Virus record (IMG/VR): IMGVR_UViG_3300035002_000022
Location: 6,192-70,191 of that record
Source of the DNA: a virus
DNA: 64,000 nt
Reading direction: 5' to 3' (one strand)
The notes below the pieces were generated by a model. That model saw only the letters and a list, made by a program, of their open reading frames with translations, was not told the DNA's origin and did not search any database. Position numbers and translations under genes: made by a program. Below are positions 43,575 to 53,199 of the stretch, in pieces. How positions within the stretch are numbered: position 1 is the stretch's first letter; the number at the start of each line of letters is the position of its first letter.

Positions 43575-44501
43575 TTAGTAGAAGGCGTAGGTAGACTTCG
43601 TGTAAACGTAGGTCTGACCCTGAACTTGCAACTTACATTGGATTTTCCGCAAATCTTGGACTGAACCTGTTTCAGGACCAGCGGTAATGATGGCAACACC
43701 CTCATGCCGTTCGCCGTCATCCATCGTCACTTGGAAGTAAATTTCCTTGTTGTACTTGTCTTTGTCGCGCAGGATTTCTACCAGCAGCCCACCACCCAAG
43801 TCACCGCGCACGATGTTGAAGTCAACACTCATTTCTTGCGAAATGGCAGTGATGACCTTCTCCATCCCGATACCGGATAGCAGGTTGGTGGTATCGACCA
43901 CCTTGGGAGTCGGACTAGGCACCGGGCTAACAGTACAACCAACGACTGCATAGAGCGCTTTAGTTGAGGCAGAGTTGCCAGCGGTTAGGGCTGATGTAAT
44001 TGCATTAACCCGTAGCTGTGTGGCACCAGCAGGCGATCGCCCAGTCACAGTTAACGTTTGAGGAATGGTGCTGTTGAATAGCAGCGTATCGCCCACGTCA
44101 ATCAGTGCGGGTAGAGCAGTGACAGGGATGACCCTAGAACCGATGGTGAGCGTGCCTGGGTTGTAGACAAAGGTTGTGCCGTTGAGGATCGTGAAGTTGG
44201 CAGGGTAGATCGTGAGCGATGTAGCAGACGAAGCAGCCGCAGCGGATGTGACGACAACTTGACCGCCGATCGATAGGATTGAGTTAGCAGGAACTGCAGC
44301 AGTCAGCGCACCGACCGTTAAAGTCGTAGCACCGATCGCAGCATCAGCAGCCACAATCACGTTGACAGATGATCCACCCGTACCAACAGTGACGGTATAG
44401 GTAGCAGGGGTACGCACACCGAGCGGTAGTTCACCAACTCGGAGCGCAATACCCGTAGTGACTTTGGCACCACCGGGATAATTGAGAACAGCAGTAGACA
44501 T
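43575..44501 (-). CDS. major tail (tube) protein with inserted beta-rich decoration domains
   Basis: C-terminal VDTTNL..EKVITAISQEMSVDFN..IYFQVTM..HEGVAIIT tube-like core. Confidence 0.7.
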   Translation of the reverse strand: MSTAVLNYPGGAKVTTGIALRVGELPLGVRTPATYTVTVGTGGSSVNVIVAADAAIGATTLTVGALTAAVPANSILSIGGQVVVTSAAAASSATSLTIYPANFTILNGTTFVYNPGTLTIGSRVIPVTALPALIDVGDTLLFNSTIPQTLTVTGRSPAGATQLRVNAITSALTAGNSASTKALYAVVGCTVSPVPSPTPKVVDTTNLLSGIGMEKVITAISQEMSVDFNIVRGDLGGGLLVEILRDKDKYNKEIYFQVTMDDGERHEGVAIITAGPETGSVQDLRKIQCKLQVQGQTYVYTKSTYAFY

Positions 44502-44525
44502 TCAGGAACTCCAGTAAGTAAACAG

Positions 44526-44957
44526 TCAGCGAGACACCAAAACTTGCTGCCCAGACACGAATTGCCGAACAGTGATTTGGAAGATTGCCTGTGGTGGTAG
44601 ATCCTCTCTGTATGAAGGGATGGACTCACGACGCACAGGGAACGCCGATCGCATTAGCGCGATCGCGCGGTCAAACTTTTGTAAATTGGCTTCGTAAATT
44701 GCGTATTCTGCTGGTGTCTTACCGGGTGAACCATGCAGTACTAAATCCACACGCCATTGATAGGTGTCATTGGTTAATTGTGTGAAATGCCGCTGGACAA
44801 TGGCATGTACACCTTTACCAACTGGCGTTACTTGGGGAGGCTCCGCACGAACTGCTTGCTTCCCATCGGCAAGGGTGCCTAGTTGGGCAGAGAGCAGCGA
44901 TCGGAGTTTGGCAACTAAATCAGCAACGACTGGATTGTGAATTTCTACAGCGCTCAT
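44526..44957 (-). CDS. tail terminator/completion protein
   Basis: Position and size just before the tube gene. Confidence 0.5.
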   Translation of the reverse strand: MSAVEIHNPVVADLVAKLRSLLSAQLGTLADGKQAVRAEPPQVTPVGKGVHAIVQRHFTQLTNDTYQWRVDLVLHGSPGKTPAEYAIYEANLQKFDRAIALMRSAFPVRRESIPSYREDLPPQAIFQITVRQFVSGQQVLVSR

Positions 44958-45337
44958 GCGTCTCTGACCTCCATTTGCAGGGAGTCACGCAACGCGCCAC
45001 TGTCAGTTATTTTTTGCCAAGTCGGAACGCCTGGACGGTATTGTTTTGGGTTGTCGCTGGCAATACTCCAATTGTGGTTGTCGATCGTGTCGCTGAATCT
45101 GCCTGCCATATCGTGAGCAAAAGCAGCAAAGGCAACGCGAATATCACCTCTATAGTGATCAGCAAATACTTTGGGGCAATTAGTCTCAGAAATTGCTACC
45201 GTTGTCCAGGGGCGAGCAACGCCACGACCGCCGATGTAATGCAACCCCATATGCACCTCATCTGCGTATGGGGCGCTCCATTCGTAGGAAGCAACTAAGC
45301 TAGGGGCTTCAAAGTCTTCATTCCACTTGAGTTCCAT
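44954..45337 (-). CDS. tail completion (HK97 gp10-like) protein
   Basis: Probable start ATG 45337; YADEVH.G..RPW and ITDSGALRDSL motifs. Confidence 0.55.
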   Translation of the reverse strand: MELKWNEDFEAPSLVASYEWSAPYADEVHMGLHYIGGRGVARPWTTVAISETNCPKVFADHYRGDIRVAFAAFAHDMAGRFSDTIDNHNWSIASDNPKQYRPGVPTWQKITDSGALRDSLQMEVRDA

Positions 45338-45789
45338 TAGGCAGCCCCCGTTAAAATGAGACTGCCTGATATTTTTTGACCAAACTTCTGAGTGATACCG
45401 CTGATTCTTGCTTGAGTTGTTGGGAGAAACACCCACTCGCCTTCGTAGGCTGCCTTGGAAATAGAATCGCTATAGACAGCAAAAGCTTTGAGTTGATTGT
45501 TGATACTGGCTGGCAAGAACTTAGGTTTAACAAGCCGTCCTTCTAGCTCTAGCTCCTGCCTGCCTGCGCCAGCGATCGGCGTGTTCGTTGCTTGCTTTGT
45601 CGGTCGTCTCACTGATGCCTGAACAACGATCGCCTGAGTATTGGAAACCTCATTGCCCGCACTGTCAAACGCTACGCCACCTGCTAAAGGCACCAAAAAA
45701 GTCAAGACCAAATTAGGTCTTTGATAATCAGGTGTAGGAAGTGAAGCTACAGCGGCGTCAAGGGCAGCGTTGACCACAGCAAAAGGCAA
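45337..45789 (-). CDS. head closure/head-tail adaptor
   Basis: First gene of the tail arm; beta-rich 150 aa. Confidence 0.5.
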   Translation of the reverse strand: MPFAVVNAALDAAVASLPTPDYQRPNLVLTFLVPLAGGVAFDSAGNEVSNTQAIVVQASVRRPTKQATNTPIAGAGRQELELEGRLVKPKFLPASINNQLKAFAVYSDSISKAAYEGEWVFLPTTQARISGITQKFGQKISGSLILTGAA

Positions 45790-45821
45790 ACTCTACGCCT
45801 TCAATCTGCCCTGCTCATCCC

Positions 45822-46127
45822 TTGAAACACGGGCTATACTTGGGAATCGGACATCATGTTTGCAAATTGAACACAACCGTGATATGCAAGAAACAGCGTG
45901 ATCGCAAATTGCCCAATCAATTGGGTGGCAACATTGCCGCATTGCGTCGGTACTGGTGCATCACGCAGTCTGATTTGGCTGATTCAGTTGGACTCAGCAG
46001 ACAGCAGTTAGGCAGGGTTGAGCGTGGTGAAGCGCAATTGAAAGCTGAGTACTTGCCTAAACTGGCGATCGAGCTTCGGTGCTTACCGGAAGAGTTGACA
46101 GATCAGGACTATACGGAGAAAAACTAA
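45822..46127 (+). CDS. XRE HTH regulator
   Basis: IAALRRYWCITQSDLADSVGLSRQQLGRVERG. Confidence 0.85.
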   Translation: MKHGLYLGIGHHVCKLNTTVICKKQRDRKLPNQLGGNIAALRRYWCITQSDLADSVGLSRQQLGRVERGEAQLKAEYLPKLAIELRCLPEELTDQDYTEKN

Positions 46128-46405
46128 TGGGTGAGTTTAAGGCTGTCGCTAAAAGATACGGTTCGTTTGAAATACACGAGTACTCATCGATGGATGAAGC
46201 TATTAGCGATATAGAAGGAGGCAACGACTTAGGTGAGCATTACGGCATCGGTATCTACAACGAGCAAAGCAATTCAGTTTGGCTCCCAGAAACTACCGCT
46301 GTACAGATTGATCATGATGGTCATTCGGGAGTCATAAAGAAAGCACTTAATTTACCCCAGGCTCTAGAGTTTGACTCTATTAGCAAGTTTGGAGAGGCAG
46401 GATGA
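46127..46405 (+). CDS. hypothetical protein
   Basis: TAATG coupling; in an operon of small genes. Confidence 0.5.
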   Translation: MGEFKAVAKRYGSFEIHEYSSMDEAISDIEGGNDLGEHYGIGIYNEQSNSVWLPETTAVQIDHDGHSGVIKKALNLPQALEFDSISKFGEAG

Positions 46406-46662
46406 AAGTTGAAATAGTATGTCCTGAAGGTCTTGCCCGTGGTACACGTGTTTTTGTCGATGGCAAAGAGATGACGTGCTTAACAGGGCTAACACTAACA
46501 ATCGACGTTGATGAAATAGCACGACTAGAGTTAAGAACGATCATGGTAGGGCACGGTGATCAGCCTATGCTTAGAACGCTTGAAAATGGCGATCGAGAAA
46601 TTAGGAAAGAATGCCTAGTCTTTACTGGCGAATTCGCCAATCTGGAGCGTGAAGAACTATGA
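46402..46662 (+). CDS. hypothetical protein
   Basis: ATGA coupling. Confidence 0.55.
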   Translation: MKVEIVCPEGLARGTRVFVDGKEMTCLTGLTLTIDVDEIARLELRTIMVGHGDQPMLRTLENGDREIRKECLVFTGEFANLEREEL

Positions 46663-46862
46663 AAAACTTATTTCTTTGGTTCAAATACATTGTTGTCAAG
46701 CATGAATCTACTTTGAACTTTGGCTGGTTGCGGCAATACGAAGTTGCCGCTACGAGTAATGGCGATGTTTTGGGTTATAGAGGCACAGTTTTAACGTTTC
46801 CATCTGGTACGGCTGTTGTTTTGAATGCTACGTCAACAACTTTAACGATCGCTAAATTATGA
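46659..46862 (+). CDS. hypothetical protein
   Basis: ATGA coupling. Confidence 0.45.
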   Translation: MKNLFLWFKYIVVKHESTLNFGWLRQYEVAATSNGDVLGYRGTVLTFPSGTAVVLNATSTTLTIAKL

Positions 46863-47278
46863 AGTGGGCGTACCTCAAGAAAAACGCGCTTTACCTCACT
46901 GAGTCAGACCTAAATAAACTCGGTGAGGAGCATTGGGAGTTAGTAGGTTTCGATGCCGGCAGCGCTTACTTTAAGCGTCCTCTGTCAGCTTCGCAGCAGT
47001 TACCTAAAAAGCCTAAATCAGTGCCACAGCTAGATACGGTATTGACTTATGAGGGAAGGGCGATCGAGATTTTCTCTAAGCCATATTACGAACCTAGTAG
47101 CACCATTGAGAAGGTTTATCGCTATCAGGTAGAAGGATTGCCAGAAGGGTTTTGGTTGTCAAGCGTTGAAACGGCAATCGCTGCTGCGAAGAGCGCGATC
47201 GATGAATACATTGCATACACAGGGCATACACAGGCGCGATCGATGCTTTACAGCAAACAAATGCGGCAATGGGATTAA
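46859..47278 (+). CDS. hypothetical protein (DUF4177-like start LNKLGEEHWELV)
   Basis: ATGA coupling; motif. Confidence 0.5.
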   Translation: MKWAYLKKNALYLTESDLNKLGEEHWELVGFDAGSAYFKRPLSASQQLPKKPKSVPQLDTVLTYEGRAIEIFSKPYYEPSSTIEKVYRYQVEGLPEGFWLSSVETAIAAAKSAIDEYIAYTGHTQARSMLYSKQMRQWD

Positions 47279-47293
47279 GCACTGAGGTTTCTG

Positions 47294-47662
47294 ATGGATA
47301 AGAGCGCTATCTATAAAGGCTTTCGGATCTCATATAGCAACGAAAGAGACTTAGCTAACGCAAAGACTGATATTGACCTTTACTTTGAAAACATTGAAGG
47401 TGGCTACCCTAGAGTCGCTACAAATCTACTTCGCACTGAAACATACAAAGGCATAGACGTTAGGGTAATGGAAAGGTACAAAGGGCTTAACCCAATCGAA
47501 TATCAATGCATTTTTTCAGGTGAAAAGCTGCCATTAGCAAAGGCTGGCAATGTAATGTATGTAAGTACTAATAACAATGAAACTGTTGCTATAGAAAACG
47601 CTAAGAGCGCGATTGATAAAGCAATGGCAACAGCAACCAAAATTGTAGACAGCAATGATTAG
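47294..47662 (+). CDS. hypothetical protein
   Basis: GAGG RBS. Confidence 0.5.
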   Translation: MDKSAIYKGFRISYSNERDLANAKTDIDLYFENIEGGYPRVATNLLRTETYKGIDVRVMERYKGLNPIEYQCIFSGEKLPLAKAGNVMYVSTNNNETVAIENAKSAIDKAMATATKIVDSND

Positions 47663-48170
47663 CACAAGACAAGAAGAGTTTATTTTTGCTTGCTTTAAGC
47701 ACAAGAACTTGACGTGTGGGGAGGTTCAACATGGTTTTGTTAAAGTACAAAGCGGCATGTTTGTTGAGCATGTTTCTACGGGCGTGCAAACAGTTAAGCT
47801 TTCATATATTTGCAATAAAGGTGAATCTGTTGCTTTAGAACTACGGCAACAATTAAATGCCTATCTCGAAGTAAGAAACAAAACGGCAGCACAAGAGCTT
47901 GAAAACTGGTTCCAACGTTGGGAGTCGCCACAGCGTACCCCAGTCGGGATTTTTGCCATTCCTAGACCCAACGGTGTGATGCCTGTACCGATCGGAGACG
48001 ACAAACCCCACCTACTACGATTGTCTTGTGATGTCTGGTATGTGCAGGAGCGAAGCCTGTTTGATATATGCAAAGGTGAAATAGTTTGCAGGGTTGTATC
48101 TCAATCTATAAGTGCAGGCATTCCAGAAGCAGAGACAATAGAGCTAGATACCGACGAGTACGACTACTGA
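47655..48170 (+). CDS. hypothetical protein
   Basis: Overlapping start; 171 aa. Confidence 0.5.
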   Translation: MISTRQEEFIFACFKHKNLTCGEVQHGFVKVQSGMFVEHVSTGVQTVKLSYICNKGESVALELRQQLNAYLEVRNKTAAQELENWFQRWESPQRTPVGIFAIPRPNGVMPVPIGDDKPHLLRLSCDVWYVQERSLFDICKGEIVCRVVSQSISAGIPEAETIELDTDEYDY

Positions 48171-48173
48171 ACC

Positions 48174-48419
48174 ATGAACAATCTCTCTGAGTTAGCAGCC
48201 TCTAATCTGGTTGCCACAATGGGGCAAATCGCTGCCTGTATGAACCGCTACACGGAGTCACCAGATTGCCGCAATTTGGAAGATGCTTTGCTATTGTCTG
48301 AGACGCTAGGAAACTTGAGTGAAGCGATCGCGCAGCTCAAGGCATCGGGCTTGGTCGAGGAAGAAGCTTTTGCTGTGTGGGTGGCACGAGTGGGTCTGAT
48401 GGTGAGTGAGGGACAATGA
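48174..48419 (+). CDS. hypothetical protein
   Basis: 81 aa; in operon. Confidence 0.5.
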   Translation: MNNLSELAASNLVATMGQIAACMNRYTESPDCRNLEDALLLSETLGNLSEAIAQLKASGLVEEEAFAVWVARVGLMVSEGQ

Positions 48420-48598
48420 AAGTAGAGTTAAAACCCGGCGTTAGAATATTCGCTAAAGATCTCAAAACTGGTGAAGTAACAGAGATCACTGATTGGTTGT
48501 ACTTCTTTGAAGAAGAGGGCATTCGAGACTTGAGTGGCGAAGGTCATGGAGCAAGTTATACGTTTTGGATAGAAACGCCAGATGAGGCAAATAAGTGA
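48416..48598 (+). CDS. hypothetical protein
   Basis: ATGA coupling. Confidence 0.5.
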   Translation: MKVELKPGVRIFAKDLKTGEVTEITDWLYFFEEEGIRDLSGEGHGASYTFWIETPDEANK

Positions 48599-48831
48599 AT
48601 AAATTAACGAAAGCTGATATAGCCAAGATTACGCCCGTCCATAAGGCATTGGTCAATAACCTGGTGTTTTGCCTTGCTCCTGGAGATCTTGTGCTGAAAC
48701 ATGACGGACTGACGGCGATCGTCTATATGCCATCATGCAATACTGTGATGCAGTGGGAAGCAGAAGAAGTCAGTGGCGGTGAGGACAAATGTCTGTCTTG
48801 GCGCGTTGCAGGAAACTATCAGCCAGATTAA
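48595..48831 (+). CDS. hypothetical protein
   Basis: GTGA coupling. Confidence 0.45.
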   Translation: MNKLTKADIAKITPVHKALVNNLVFCLAPGDLVLKHDGLTAIVYMPSCNTVMQWEAEEVSGGEDKCLSWRVAGNYQPD

Positions 48832-48844
48832 GCCAAAAGAAAAA

Positions 48845-48885
48845 GCGATCGCAGTAGTCCTAAAACCACACGCGATCGCCCCAAT
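48845..48885. terminator. HIP1-based hairpin between convergent genes
   Basis: GCGATCGC-19 nt-GCGATCGC with a T-tail on the - strand. Confidence 0.5.
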
Positions 48886-48910
48886 CTACAACAGAGAGCA
48901 TTAGAACAGT

Positions 48911-49234
48911 CTAAGCAACAGGCTCAGCAGGCTCAACAGGTGCCACTTCATCAGGTGCAATATTCTTGACACCAGCGATCGCAGCATCAACAGCAGCAAT
49001 TTCTGCCGATAGGTCAACTTCTACTTCAGCTTCAGCCAAAGCAGCTTTCAATTGCTCGATCGTGGTGATCAAGGTGCCAACCTGAGTACGCTCGTCAGCG
49101 ATCGTGGTTTGCAGTTCGTTTAGTTTGGTGTTCAGTTCAGCGACAGAAGCCATGATGAATTTCTCCAGATTAGTAAGCGTTTTCAGGATACGAGGCAACA
49201 AGGCAAGGTAGCCCAGCGATTGAAATGGATTCAT
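48911..49234 (-). CDS. acidic coiled-coil hypothetical protein
   Basis: 107 aa; heptads; Pro/Glu tail. Confidence 0.6.
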   Translation of the reverse strand: MNPFQSLGYLALLPRILKTLTNLEKFIMASVAELNTKLNELQTTIADERTQVGTLITTIEQLKAALAEAEVEVDLSAEIAAVDAAIAGVKNIAPDEVAPVEPAEPVA

Positions 49235-49323
49235 CAGTTTGTCCAGAGTGGACAGTTCTATTTTAGCCGCGACTCTTGACTGCGATTACAATTTGTGTAT
49301 TGGGATAGATAGGTTCCTTTTTA

Positions 49324-49962
49324 GTGGCAAAGTCTAAATACACTCCAGACCGAGTGCAAACCATCATCGACGCGATCGCTCAGACTGGGGCAGACCGTGC
49401 AGGTTGGCAAGCGGGTAAGATCAGCGAAGATACTTTTTATGACTGGGTAAAGCGATATTCCGAGTTTTCCGAGTCGGTATCTAGGGCTAAGGATGAATAC
49501 CGTGACACGTGTCCAGGAACGTTGGTAAGGCAAGCTAGAAAGGCGTTTGCCGACTATCTGTTTGGTCGGATGGAACGTGTCACATACACGAAAGAAACGG
49601 GCATCAATGCACGCACTGGTGAGCCTTACGAAAAAGAGATCACGCAAAGGGTGCCAGTAGGAGTTCCTAAATGGGCGATCGAACGAGTTTTAGGCAAGCC
49701 GTTAGACATTCTAGAAGCGGTTAGCACCCTTTCTGAAGCAGGAGTTTTACCACGCTGGTTAGTGCAGGCTGTAAGCGATGAAGTGGGCAACGCTAGAGAA
49801 GGGATTACAGAAGTATTTGCAGGAGTCATCCCCGATCGCGACAATCGACGGGTTAGACCTGGACTCTCTGAAGAAACAGCAGCAGCGATTAGAGCACACC
49901 TTTTGGGCATCCAGCCCACCGATGCTACTGCCTTACCAACAACGGTGGATCTCAGACAATAG
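49324..49962 (+). CDS. terS: terminase small subunit
   Basis: SKYTPDRVQTIIDAI..AGKISEDTFYDW HTH; directly before terL. Confidence 0.7.
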   Translation: MAKSKYTPDRVQTIIDAIAQTGADRAGWQAGKISEDTFYDWVKRYSEFSESVSRAKDEYRDTCPGTLVRQARKAFADYLFGRMERVTYTKETGINARTGEPYEKEITQRVPVGVPKWAIERVLGKPLDILEAVSTLSEAGVLPRWLVQAVSDEVGNAREGITEVFAGVIPDRDNRRVRPGLSEETAAAIRAHLLGIQPTDATALPTTVDLRQ

Positions 49963-51259
49963 TCCCATCAAGATAGCGGAGAAATCGCGGCGGATCGGGT
50001 TTAGTTGGGCAGATGCAGCAGACTCAGCTTTGGAAGCAGCGCAAGCAGGCGGACAAGACACTTACTACATTGGCTACAATATTGAAATGGCTCAACAGTA
50101 CATCAAGGATGTAGCGTATTGGGCTAAAGCTTATCAATTAAGCGTTAGTGATTTTGAAGAGTCAGTCATCGAAGAAAACGGAAGAAGTATTTTTACTTAC
50201 ACAATTCACTTTCTGAGTGGCTACAAAGTTTCCGCCTTGTCGTCTAGACCAGCTAACCTGAGATCAAAAAAAGGACGTTTACGTATCGATGAAGCTGCTT
50301 TCCACGAAGATTTAAAAGAATTGATCAAAGCAGCTTTAGCGGTTGTGATGTGGGGCGGGTCTGTCGGTATCTGGAGCACTCATGATGGAGAGGATAATCC
50401 TTTCAACCAATTGATTAAAGCAGTCAAAGCAGGCGATCTCGATTATGGTTATCATCGTGTTTCGTTAGATGATGCCTTGTCTGAAGGTTTTTACCAGCGT
50501 ATCTGCTTGACTCAAAATCAGGTATGGACACCAGAAGCTGAATTTGCATGGCGATCGCAGCTATACAAAGACTACGGTGATGCCGCAGACGAGGAGCTAG
50601 GCTGCATACCTAAAAAACGGCAAAACGGCGATCCTGTTTACCCCAAATTCGATCGCGCCTTAAACAACTGCACAGATACGGTGCAACTTGGTGATCGCTT
50701 ACATATTGGCATGGACTTTAACGTCACTAACATGAATGCTGTGGTGCATGTTGTCAGGAATGGGATACCAAGAGCGGTCAGTGTGTTGTCAGGCATTGCA
50801 GATACACCTGCCATAATTGCAGCAATCAAAAACCGCTACCCTAACCACACCTCTTTAATTTCTGTTTACCCTGACGCATCAGGGCAAAGCCGTAAATCTA
50901 CTAATGCATCAACTTCAGACGTGGCATTGCTGCGGCAGGCTGGCTTCACGGTAATAGTTGATGGTTCAAACCCCGCTGTCAAAGATCGCATCAACGCAAT
51001 GAATACAGCTTTTTGCAATCCATTAGGAGATCGCTGTTATCTGGTAAACGCCAGCGAGTGTACGCCTTACGTAGAAGCGCTAGAAAAGCAGGGTTGGAAA
51101 AATGGGGAGCCTGACAAATCACAGGGTTTTGACCACTTACCGGACAGCGCAGGCTACTTCATCTGTAAATTTATGCCGATCTCGGCAGCATCAGAAACCA
51201 CCTTCGCGGCATCAGTACGATCGCACTCTGCCTCTAGTCGCTTCACTGGCAGGCGTTAG
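49778..51259 (+). CDS. terL: terminase large subunit (probable start ATG 49922)
   Basis: LLPYQ, Walker A AEKSRRIGFS, Walker B RIDEAAF, nuclease GMDFN..PDASG..DHLPDSAGY. Confidence 0.92.
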   Translation: MKWATLEKGLQKYLQESSPIATIDGLDLDSLKKQQQRLEHTFWASSPPMLLPYQQRWISDNSPIKIAEKSRRIGFSWADAADSALEAAQAGGQDTYYIGYNIEMAQQYIKDVAYWAKAYQLSVSDFEESVIEENGRSIFTYTIHFLSGYKVSALSSRPANLRSKKGRLRIDEAAFHEDLKELIKAALAVVMWGGSVGIWSTHDGEDNPFNQLIKAVKAGDLDYGYHRVSLDDALSEGFYQRICLTQNQVWTPEAEFAWRSQLYKDYGDAADEELGCIPKKRQNGDPVYPKFDRALNNCTDTVQLGDRLHIGMDFNVTNMNAVVHVVRNGIPRAVSVLSGIADTPAIIAAIKNRYPNHTSLISVYPDASGQSRKSTNASTSDVALLRQAGFTVIVDGSNPAVKDRINAMNTAFCNPLGDRCYLVNASECTPYVEALEKQGWKNGEPDKSQGFDHLPDSAGYFICKFMPISAASETTFAASVRSHSASSRFTGRR

Positions 51260-51318
51260 CACAAAAACGGCAACTTAGCATGTGTAGGGCATCATAGAAG
51301 AAAGATTGATTGTGAGTT

Positions 51319-52614
51319 ATGCGATCGCCCATCCCTACACCTGGCAGAAATCGGCGTTTAGAAAACCTTTGGCAGACGATCACAGGTTTTGTCCGCTCAA
51401 TCTTTGGTGGCAGTCAGCGCCCAGTCGCCTTCCAGCAATTTTACGGTTCAGATCAGACATCAACACGGGCACGTAACTACGATTTAGAGATTGGCGAGTA
51501 TCCGATCAGGGATTACGATCGCGCTGTCGAGTTAATCGAGATGGCGGAATGGTGCCCTGAAGTTGCAGCAGCTACTGACATTCTCAAAGGGGCAGCATTG
51601 TCCTCTGAAGATGGGGACGACCAGGGGTTTACCATTGCCACCGAATTGAATGATGGCAGCGCGATCGACAAGCAAGTCTATACCGTTTGCCTCAATACTC
51701 TAGAGCGCCTATTCCCGCACTCTACTTCTCAAGTGGTGTTAGAGCGGATGCTGAACTGGGGTGATGCGTTCGCTGAGTTGGCGATCGACCTTTCTAAGAA
51801 TCAAGTCAATTCTCTAATGTTTCTGCCCACGTGGGAAATGTTCAGGGTAGAAGCACAAGGCGAGTTATTAGGCTTTCAGCAACGACGCAGACTCTATGAA
51901 GAGGAACCAGCGAAAGTCTTTGTACCAGGGAAGGTAGTACATTGGCGCTATCGTCGCAAGAACCTATACGGTCGATCGCTGTTCCATGAATCGCCGCAGG
52001 ACTGGGCACGGCTGAAGCGGGCAACAGATGCACTGGCGATCGCGGCTGACACGGTAGGCTATAACCCAAATCTACACGCAATGCAGGAGGGTACGACCCG
52101 CGAACAGTTGCAGGATTATCAACAACGGTTAGAGCAGCGACAAGCGGACGGCATCATTACTGACTATTATTTGATGCCGGGGCAAGACATTAAAAAGCTA
52201 AGCAACATAAACCCAGACATTGAGGCTTTAGCGGCTAATGTCTTGCAGTGGCGTAGTCGCATTGTGATGCGATCGCGTGTCCCTCCCTATTTGTTGGGAT
52301 TGCCCGCGATCGGTGCTCAAGAGATTGCAGGACAGCCTGCATTGGAAAATGCCCGTCATGTGAACGAGATCAGAATGTGTTTGACTGAAGGCGTGATGCA
52401 AGTCTTGCACACTGAGCTATATCTGAAGGGGATTAATACTGGGCTGTGGTTGAATAAGCTGAAGCTGGTATTCCCCAAAATCATTACTAATGCGATGGCA
52501 CCGGGTCAAGGGGCAAGTAGCGAGGGTGATCCCGGTGAGTTGGATGAACCGGGGATTACTGATTTAGATTCAACGCGAGTACCAATTTTTAGCACCAATG
52601 GGAGGCACCATTAA
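51319..52614 (+). CDS. portal protein
   Basis: After terL; GKVVHWRY..YGRSLF..; VPPYLLG motif. Confidence 0.85.
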   Translation: MRSPIPTPGRNRRLENLWQTITGFVRSIFGGSQRPVAFQQFYGSDQTSTRARNYDLEIGEYPIRDYDRAVELIEMAEWCPEVAAATDILKGAALSSEDGDDQGFTIATELNDGSAIDKQVYTVCLNTLERLFPHSTSQVVLERMLNWGDAFAELAIDLSKNQVNSLMFLPTWEMFRVEAQGELLGFQQRRRLYEEEPAKVFVPGKVVHWRYRRKNLYGRSLFHESPQDWARLKRATDALAIAADTVGYNPNLHAMQEGTTREQLQDYQQRLEQRQADGIITDYYLMPGQDIKKLSNINPDIEALAANVLQWRSRIVMRSRVPPYLLGLPAIGAQEIAGQPALENARHVNEIRMCLTEGVMQVLHTELYLKGINTGLWLNKLKLVFPKIITNAMAPGQGASSEGDPGELDEPGITDLDSTRVPIFSTNGRHH

Positions 52615-52769
52615 TGAAACCTACAGAGCGGCAGGTAGTAGTACATACAAAGACTATTGACGGCTATGAGTACATCTCTCATTTTGAGTGGAAGCCTGAA
52701 GGTTTCTTTGATCCAACCATTCCTAGATATACGATTTGGGATATATCAGTAAAACCTAAAGATGCTTAA
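52614..52769 (+). CDS. small hypothetical protein (51 aa, read by hand)
   Basis: TAATG coupling after the portal. Confidence 0.4.
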   Translation: MKPTERQVVVHTKTIDGYEYISHFEWKPEGFFDPTIPRYTIWDISVKPKDA

Positions 52770-52772
52770 CCA

Positions 52773-52964
52773 ATGGACATCATCGCTAAAGACGATGCAT
52801 TCAAGCCACCATCTGAGACTCTGCCACCTATGAAAGAATTAGAGGCGATCGCTGAAATTGACGATGCAGCAGTGAGTAACGCAATCGACCAGTGGAAAGC
52901 TAACCCACCTGATGCAGAGTTCAAGTTGATTCTAGAGGCGACTGACGATGCAGAAACGAATTAA
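52773..52964 (+). CDS. small acidic head-associated protein
   Basis: 63 aa in the head operon. Confidence 0.5.
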   Translation: MDIIAKDDAFKPPSETLPPMKELEAIAEIDDAAVSNAIDQWKANPPDAEFKLILEATDDAETN

Positions 52965-53199
52965 GCTTTTGAACAGCAGCGATCGTGATTTTCATTACGG
53001 TGCAGACCGCGATCGGATTGTGCGAATCTTTCAGGAACGAGGCTACAGCATCAGTGCCTACGAAGCGCGATCGCTCTGGGAACAGTTTTCAGAAATGATG
53101 GCGGCGGGCTGGATGTCCCCACCTGAAGATGATGAAGAGGTTTTCAACAGTGTCAAAACCTTCTTTGAAGTAGAAGAGGCGACTGATGGCGAGTCGTGA
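52948..53199 (+). CDS. hypothetical protein
   Basis: 83 aa; overlaps both neighbours. Confidence 0.5.
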   Translation: MQKRIKLLNSSDRDFHYGADRDRIVRIFQERGYSISAYEARSLWEQFSEMMAAGWMSPPEDDEEVFNSVKTFFEVEEATDGES

